Shown piece after piece: positions 54,589 through 64,000 of a stretch of DNA of 64,000 nt; position 1 is the stretch's first letter, and each line of letters opens with the position of its first letter. Below the pieces are notes generated by a model. That model saw only the letters and a program-made list of their open reading frames with translations. It did no database searches and had not been told where the DNA came from. The stretch covers positions 64,001 to 128,000 of the forward strand of contig CAWFQB010000009.1 in assembly GCA_963817895.1 (NCBI GenBank), in the 5' to 3' direction. The DNA comes from an uncultured Chthonomonadaceae bacterium. GTDB taxonomy: Bacteria; Armatimonadota; Chthonomonadetes; Chthonomonadales; Chthonomonadaceae. A program made the position numbers and the translations under genes.

Positions 54589-55068
54589 TCACAGGTCTAA
54601 ATGTACCAGTTTGAGGAACGGCGCGAGGCCCATGGACTGCCAGAACGCGAGGGCGGCAGGATTGTTTTCCGCGATATACAGTTCAATCGCGGTCGCTTTG
54701 CGCGACACGCACCAGAGCCGCATCTCCTCAAAGAGCGCGGTGGCGACGCCCTTCTGACGCCACTCCTCACACACATACACATCGGAAATAAATCCATACA
54801 GGCCCGGAGAGGCTTTGGGCGGACGCTGCTGCACTTCCCCCAGCACATACCCGGCGAGTTCTCCTGTGAGCGTGGCTTCGGCAACCAGCACCATGCCGTC
54901 CCGTGAGCGCAGAACCTCCTGCACATGGCGGGCGTACTTTTGCTGCGCGTCCGGGGCAAGGGTGAACCGCGAATCGAGCGCCTGATGCAGGCGCATCAAC
55001 TCCAACCACAACTCGGCAATGACAAACCGCTCTGCCAGCCGCGCTTTTCGGATGTGAAAGCCGCTCAT
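54589..55068 (-). CDS. GNAT family N-acetyltransferase
   Basis: YVCEEWRQKGVATAL, NPAALAFWQSMG. Confidence 0.85.
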   Translation of the reverse strand: MSGFHIRKARLAERFVIAELWLELMRLHQALDSRFTLAPDAQQKYARHVQEVLRSRDGMVLVAEATLTGELAGYVLGEVQQRPPKASPGLYGFISDVYVCEEWRQKGVATALFEEMRLWCVSRKATAIELYIAENNPAALAFWQSMGLAPFLKLVHLDL

Positions 55069-55442
55069 GTTCACCCCCACGTCGTTCACAGGCCGGGAAC
55101 CCGCTCCCCGCTTTTTGTTTGCAGGCATTTATTCTCTTTTCTCGCCACTTCCTCCTGCAATCGAACGCGAATTTCCTTTTTCGCGCCGATGTTGTCACAT
55201 TTGTCGTCGTGGTTAGTTGATTAGTACAGTGGGTAAGCAGGGTATAAGCGCAGTTGTTGCCGCGCGGAGTTTTAACCACCCCGTTACCCGGGAAACATTT
55301 GGAACATTCTCGTCCGGTTCTTACGTCCCTTAGATGAGAAACGATGCAATGTGTTTTCCGGTTCGGACGTTCTGGAACTGCTGAAAACGCTTTGGCGTTG
55401 TTCGCGTCCAGACAGAGAAATGTTGCATAGAGGAGAACGAAT

Positions 55443-55736
55443 ATGTTACGCACAGCAAACGGCATTCAGAAAATAGCACTGGCAGCGGGCGCGATGTTCG
55501 CCATTGGCGGCGCGTTGCCCCTCGCGGCCTCCGCGCAGACGCACCACAGTTTCCTTCACCGCCACTCGAAAGCGGCGGGCGCTGTCGGCGGTTATGCAGC
55601 CTATCGCGCGGCCAAAAATTCGGGACGCAGCCGCATGGCGTCAGGTCGGCATCGCAACGTGTTTCAGCGACATCCGATGGCGACAGGCGTCGGCGCGGCG
55701 GTTCTGACCCATCATTTCGCCAAAAAACATAACTAA
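55443..55736 (+). CDS. Small secreted His/Ala-rich repeat protein (paralog of 947-1207)
   Basis: AGGAG RBS, signal peptide ending ASA, C-terminal RHPMATGVGAAVLTHHFAKK. Confidence 0.75.
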   Translation: MLRTANGIQKIALAAGAMFAIGGALPLAASAQTHHSFLHRHSKAAGAVGGYAAYRAAKNSGRSRMASGRHRNVFQRHPMATGVGAAVLTHHFAKKHN

Positions 55737-55775
55737 GGCGTGAGCGTGGTTTATCCGCGCCATCATCAGTCAAAT

Positions 55776-55859
55776 CAGGGGCAATGCAGAAATCTGCATT
55801 GCCCCTGTTTCTTGCCAGCCTGCCATACAATAAAACGCCGCTCGATTGAGCGGCGTTTT
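55776..55859. terminator. Two tandem terminator hairpins between convergent genes
   Basis: CAGGGGCAATGCAGA/TCTGCATTGCCCCTG and AAAACGCCGCTC/GAGCGGCGTTTT. Confidence 0.7.
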
Positions 55860-55880
55860 GTCTGAAATCAACGCTGGTTT

Positions 55881-56420
55881 TTAATCTAACGGCGCGCCGA
55901 ACATCGTGCGGACTCCGGCGCGGAACGAAACCGCGTTCGCGCTGTCGGGCATCTCTACCTTGAAGGGCGCGGACTGACCAGAGGGAAGCGGGTCGAAAGC
56001 GATCAGCGCGGACTCGACCTGAACCGCGCGGTTATGGCTGTCCAGCAGTTCTATGACGGCTTCGACATTGGAAAATTTCTGGTGGCTGCGGTTGAATACG
56101 CTGCCAGTCACGGTGACAAACCCCAATCGGCGCTCCACATTGGCGTTAGCAATTAAAACCCTGCCATTGGCGTTGGGCGTGGATACCATGCGCAGGAAGG
56201 AAGTGGCTGCCGCGTTCGCGCTGCCGATGCGAACGCCCAGCGCGGTGCAGGCGCTCATGGTCAGACATAATGCGCTCATGATCGCAATCGCGCGCAGGGG
56301 CTTCGTTCGTCGCCGCGTTCGGCGCTGCGGCGAAAGGGCGGGCGTGGAAACCGGCTCCTGAAATTCTACTGGTTCTTGCCAACGTAATGGAACGCTCATG
56401 CTTGTTACCTCATCCTCCAA
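55881..56420 (-). CDS. FxLYD-like domain membrane-anchored protein
   Basis: TM helix followed by VTGSVFNRS...IELLD...LPSGQSAPFKV. Confidence 0.65.
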   Translation of the reverse strand: MEDEVTSMSVPLRWQEPVEFQEPVSTPALSPQRRTRRRTKPLRAIAIMSALCLTMSACTALGVRIGSANAAATSFLRMVSTPNANGRVLIANANVERRLGFVTVTGSVFNRSHQKFSNVEAVIELLDSHNRAVQVESALIAFDPLPSGQSAPFKVEMPDSANAVSFRAGVRTMFGAPLD

Positions 56421-56727
56421 GTAGTCGCGGAAGCGGCGTCAACTGCAACACAGCCCTCAAGAACCCCGGTTGCAAAGATAGTGTATCAAATAACACGCAT
56501 ACTTGTCAACCCTTTTTTGTCCTGAAAGCGCCTACTCTTATCTGCAAGACGCTTCAATTTCGTTTCAAGTTCCGACAAGTATGGTATTGTTACTCTACGG
56601 GTAGTCCCATTACAGGAAAGCGTTCGTACAATTAGTATGACATTTTTTCTACAGTCGAGTCGAATCTCAGAAAAAGATTCTTTTTCGCGTGTTTCTCTGG
56701 CGGTGTAATTCGACGAGGAGTTTGATT

Positions 56728-56808
56728 ATGCCGCGTAAAGATACTATTTACGAAGCCGTTAAGAACGCCCTTGTCAAAGATGGCTGAACAACCACGCGCA
56801 ATCCGTGT
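56728..56808 (+). pseudogene. xisH: XisH-like N-terminal remnant
   Basis: AGGAG RBS + MPRKDTIYEAVKNALVKDG-stop-TTTRNP, matching the XisH start with the Trp codon changed to TGA. Confidence 0.6.
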
Positions 56809-56809
56809 A

Positions 56810-57046
56810 TTATTTCGTTTCTTTATCGGCAGTCAAATAGCCGACAAAGAGGCTCAGGAGAAAAGCACAGAAGAGTCCAATGTTTGACAACGCAACGTGA
56901 GAACTGTAGTTTGTAGTGGCTGGCGCAATGAGCAGCAGGGAGATTACGAGCATTCCAATGCCCTGCATTTGAACGTTCTTTTGCATCATAACCCGCACAA
57001 TTGGTATGTTTTTGAGGCGCCTAATGCGAATTCCAATTTTATCCAT
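56810..57046 (-). CDS. Small two-TM hypothetical protein
   Basis: GGAG RBS, two hydrophobic segments. Confidence 0.4.
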   Translation of the reverse strand: MDKIGIRIRRLKNIPIVRVMMQKNVQMQGIGMLVISLLLIAPATTNYSSHVALSNIGLFCAFLLSLFVGYLTADKETK

Positions 57047-57142
57047 GCTACTCCAACTAACCTCTCATACCCTTGATGTTTACAAATCGCACTTCGGTTC
57101 AAGGCTGCGCGGTATCATTGACTAATTCACTGTCGCACATTT

Positions 57143-57664
57143 CTACAGTTCCAAATTTCCCAATGCAGACTGTACCTGTGGATTTTCGTAACCTTCATCT
57201 ATAGGCAAGTCTTTGCCGCGCATAGCCTTCCCGGAGAGGCAGTCACAACATTCGTTTTCGGCAATGCCTGCGTGTCCTTTTACCCATTCAAAGGTTACTT
57301 TTTGCCTTGCGCACAGATCGAGAAGACACGCCCACAGGTCGGGATTTACCGCCGCATCCTTTTTGTTCCGCATCCAGTTATTCCTGCGCCAGCGTTCCGC
57401 CCAGCCGAGCATAATGGTATCCGCGAGGTATTTTAAATCAGTGTAAATAGTGACGGCGCAACGATAACGCAGGGCTTCCAGACCGGCAATAGCCGCCATG
57501 ATCTCCATGCGGTTGTTAGTCGTTCGCCGAAACCCGCCTGACAGTTCCCGCCGCTTCTCGCCGTACAGCAGAACCACGCCATACCCGCCCGGTCCGGGGT
57601 TGTCCATGCAGCCGCCATCCGTGTACATCGTGACCTGCTTGAGTTCGCTGTCGCCGTCCGCCAA
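57143..57664 (-). CDS. rnhA: Ribonuclease HI
   Basis: YTDG...NPGPGG, TTNNRME, NPDLW, WVKGHAG; TTG start after GGAGG. Confidence 0.9.
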   Translation of the reverse strand: MADGDSELKQVTMYTDGGCMDNPGPGGYGVVLLYGEKRRELSGGFRRTTNNRMEIMAAIAGLEALRYRCAVTIYTDLKYLADTIMLGWAERWRRNNWMRNKKDAAVNPDLWACLLDLCARQKVTFEWVKGHAGIAENECCDCLSGKAMRGKDLPIDEGYENPQVQSALGNLEL

Positions 57665-57747
57665 TTCACAGCCTCCAACACTGGAAAATACTTCCCATCC
57701 GCGCCATACAGCCCCCACAATCTATGACTGCGCATATTCATCTGGAA

Positions 57748-58434
57748 TCACTTTTCCATTTTCAACGGCAATCGGGGAACAGAGTTGAGCGTTTCAAACA
57801 GCAGAACTACCGGTTCCCCGCTTTTCCTTCTCCCCTTTTTGATTGTTGGTGGGACGAATCCTGCTTCCATACTCTGCACCCAACGGACCAGTTTTCGCGC
57901 GTCGAAATGCAGCCCGCTTAGGAGAGAGGAATCGGGGCTAAAGGAGAGTTCCAATCCTGTCTCTTCCGTTTCCATTTCGCTCCGGAAAGGGGCTAACGGT
58001 TCACCACAACGATACTCCTGAATCCAGCAGGCTCCCTCGTGGAAGTTACGGACACAAAAACATTCACTGAGGGCATTTACAACCGTTACCCCTATCCCGC
58101 AGCATGACCGCTTGAGGCGAGGATTTGCTTTATTGTTGCGGCAGGCGTATAATTTCGTGAATTGCGCTTCCGCAGGTATATACCCGGCGGCAGTCGGCGT
58201 CATGGAAAGCCCGCGTCCGTTATGGCGGACGGTAACGCTGCAATCAGGCGAAACGGATACTCGGACTTGTGCGCAGTAGCCACTCACGGCTTCGTCAATG
58301 GCAAGGCACAACGCTTCCTGAATCAAACGGTTGAGTAGCGCAGGGTCATCAAGTTTGCCCACGTACATCTCAGGCCGACGGCGGATTGCCTCCTGTGTAG
58401 ATAAAACTTTGATTTCATAATCTATGTAATACAT
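57748..58434 (-). CDS. Stand-alone GyrB/ParE N-terminal GHKL ATPase-like domain, degenerate
   Basis: IKVL...EAIRRRPEMYVG, IDEA, HNGRG, GIGVTVVNALSE, GLELSFSPD; only 228 aa. Confidence 0.8.
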   Translation of the reverse strand: MYYIDYEIKVLSTQEAIRRRPEMYVGKLDDPALLNRLIQEALCLAIDEAVSGYCAQVRVSVSPDCSVTVRHNGRGLSMTPTAAGYIPAEAQFTKLYACRNNKANPRLKRSCCGIGVTVVNALSECFCVRNFHEGACWIQEYRCGEPLAPFRSEMETEETGLELSFSPDSSLLSGLHFDARKLVRWVQSMEAGFVPPTIKKGRRKSGEPVVLLFETLNSVPRLPLKMEK

Positions 58435-58486
58435 TACATCCTATTCTTTATCGTTGTGAGTTGTGGTGTGTTGGCGGGGTGTCAGG

Positions 58487-59254
58487 TCAGGAAGGCGATT
58501 GGGAAATCAGGGTGAAAATTCGATGCAGAATACTCATATCGGGGTTGGGAAAGCGGGTTTGAAGCAGCGCCTGCAATTCTGCATCAAACACGGCGACTTG
58601 CTCCGGGGACAAACTCGCGCTGATTCCCACGCTGGCGCGAATACGGCCCCGCCAACTCTCATGCGTGTAGGGTACGGGAACATCATAGGTGAAACTTTCA
58701 ATGTTGGTAAATCCCGCTTCAGCGACATCCCGAAACCACTGTTCATAAATGCCACAGCCACCGCCCAAGTTCCAACTGGGATTGTGCGCCATAATCAGAT
58801 TTTCGGTCAATTCTACAACATTGTCTTTCAGCGGCAGCCAATCCAGATGCGCAATGACGAGCAGGCCGCCGGGTTTGAGGATACGCTTCACTTCTTCCGC
58901 CGCAACGGGGCGGTTGAACCAGTGCCAGCATTGTCCGGCAGTCACCACATCCGCCTCATTGTCCGGCAAACTCGCTGCTTCAGCAGTGGCGTTTCGATAT
59001 TCGACCTGAACATTGACTTGCTCGTCCAGACGGCGAGCGGCTTCCAGCATGGGCTGCGCGGGATCAATGCCGATCACGCGACAGCCCTGACCGGCAAAAC
59101 TCCGCGCCAACGTGCCGGTTCCCGTTCCTAAATCCACAATGCGCTGGCCCACACTTCCGATACCAAATGTGGCTAAACGCGCAAACAAGGAAGGCGGAAA
59201 CCCGGCGCGAAACTGCGCGTAATCCTTTGCGGTCTTGCCAAAATCAGCCTGCAT
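58487..59254 (-). CDS. Class I SAM-dependent methyltransferase
   Basis: VDLGTGTG, GIDP, VTAGQCWHWF, LKPGG. Confidence 0.9.
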   Translation of the reverse strand: MQADFGKTAKDYAQFRAGFPPSLFARLATFGIGSVGQRIVDLGTGTGTLARSFAGQGCRVIGIDPAQPMLEAARRLDEQVNVQVEYRNATAEAASLPDNEADVVTAGQCWHWFNRPVAAEEVKRILKPGGLLVIAHLDWLPLKDNVVELTENLIMAHNPSWNLGGGCGIYEQWFRDVAEAGFTNIESFTYDVPVPYTHESWRGRIRASVGISASLSPEQVAVFDAELQALLQTRFPNPDMSILHRIFTLISQSPS

Positions 59255-59358
59255 AAAATTCTTCCTTCCCACTGAGTAATTTGCCTGCCAAGCGCCTGTT
59301 CCTATGTTCCCCGCGCCATTCTGGTATACTTTACGTAACAAAAAGAGACACGTTATAA

Positions 59359-63291
<3,933 letters not shown>

Positions 63292-63310
63292 CCAAATCAA
63301 AGCAATGGCG

Positions 63311-63355
63311 AAAAGAAGGAACTGCCTCTAAATATGAGAGGCAGTTCCTTCTTTC
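63311..63355. terminator. Bidirectional intrinsic terminator
   Basis: AAAGAAGGAACTGCCTCT / AGAGGCAGTTCCTTCTTT. Confidence 0.8.
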
Positions 63356-63454
63356 TATGTTAAGCGTCATCGTCTCACCTTCAACCCGCCCGAAGCGCGC
63401 CACCTTACCGAATTCGCCGTCTCATAACGAACGTGACAACCTGTTTGGTGGATT

Positions 63455-63883
63455 TCAGATAGACCAATCCTTGAATTTAAGGTTAGGAACACGGGAGAAA
63501 TGTTGTGTATTTCTCGTCAAAACCGTTGCGTCGTTGGCAAGGGCAATTGCGGCGATTTTGAGGTCTTGCGTGCCGATGCGGATGCGTTGGCTCTTGAGGT
63601 CATCGAAATGCGCTGCCGCCTGCGCATCAAAAGGAAGCACGGTCATAGCGCAATAAATGGCGAGAGTAGTCGCAAGAGAATTGTAAGGCGCGATAAATCC
63701 CGTTCCGGTCTGCATACGCGCGATTTCTGCCATCCAGCCGCGCATTTGTTCCTCATAAACGACAACACAGGTGACGACACTCTCTTCGGGAACGGCGCTG
63801 AGACGCAACTCCAAACGCAGGGCATTCGCGCCGCCACGCCGTAAGAGACTCATATGATCCGTGTCGAGGAGATATAGATTCAA
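63455..63883 (-). CDS. vapC: VapC-type PIN domain toxin
   Basis: YLLDTD, EEQMRG, IGTQDLKIAAIAL, TRN-x-x-HF. Confidence 0.9.
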   Translation of the reverse strand: MNLYLLDTDHMSLLRRGGANALRLELRLSAVPEESVVTCVVVYEEQMRGWMAEIARMQTGTGFIAPYNSLATTLAIYCAMTVLPFDAQAAAHFDDLKSQRIRIGTQDLKIAAIALANDATVLTRNTQHFSRVPNLKFKDWSI

Positions 63884-64000
63884 TTACTCGTTTCCCTCAT
63901 CATCGGCGGGACGGTCAGCGTTGCGCCACTCCTGACCAAGCCGAACCGCCTCATCAAAATGGGGGTTGTTGGCGTCAATTCCGACAAACCATCGCCAGCC
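63884..64000 (-). CDS. Putative antitoxin upstream of vapC (5' end off the window)
   Basis: GWRWFVGIDANNPHFDEAVRLGQEWR...stop, abutting the vapC start codon. Confidence 0.6.
   Translation of the reverse strand, partial: GWRWFVGIDANNPHFDEAVRLGQEWRNADRPADDEGNE

Noticed and set aside
56786..56788. Second selenocysteine or recoded UGA in the xisH remnant
   Set aside because: The position corresponds to Trp, no hairpin follows and the gene is truncated; TGA is a normal stop elsewhere in the window

Overview
Bacterial chromosomal window, most likely Armatimonadota (inferred from two prepilin-type '[13 protein letters not shown]...LFPVFAQ' H-X9-DG proteins, PEP-CTERM proteins, many secreted glycan enzymes and heptamer-repeat litter). 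Single-base frameshifts occur even in conserved genes, so this looks like an indel-prone long-read assembly, and split genes are reported as single genes. Ordinary content: prkA/yeaH/spoVR (interrupted by a 4-gene insert), leuB, RNase HI, GH2 beta-galactosidase, oxidoreductases, a serpin, tRNA-His, tRNA-Arg, a degenerate tRNA-Gly, IS4- and ISAzo13-type elements, a MITE and a VapC pair. Best candidates for novel biology: (1) a ~13-kb module (14633-27509) with a SARP/BTAD-like-AAA_35 regulator, an AAA_35-TM-WD40 membrane protein and four promoters sharing 11-bp-periodic GTAACG repeats at a fixed distance from TATACT; (2) an FGE/SUMF1-family gene with an in-frame UGA, a SECIS-like hairpin and the conserved GFRC motif downstream of the UGA (candidate selenoprotein); (3) an ECF sigma - HTH - ImmA/IrrE-UvrD-PD-(D/E)XK cassette; (4) two paralogous small secreted His-rich repeat proteins; (5) mosaic simple-repeat cassettes sitting inside protein linkers. 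All family assignments come from motif recognition by eye; no database searches were run.
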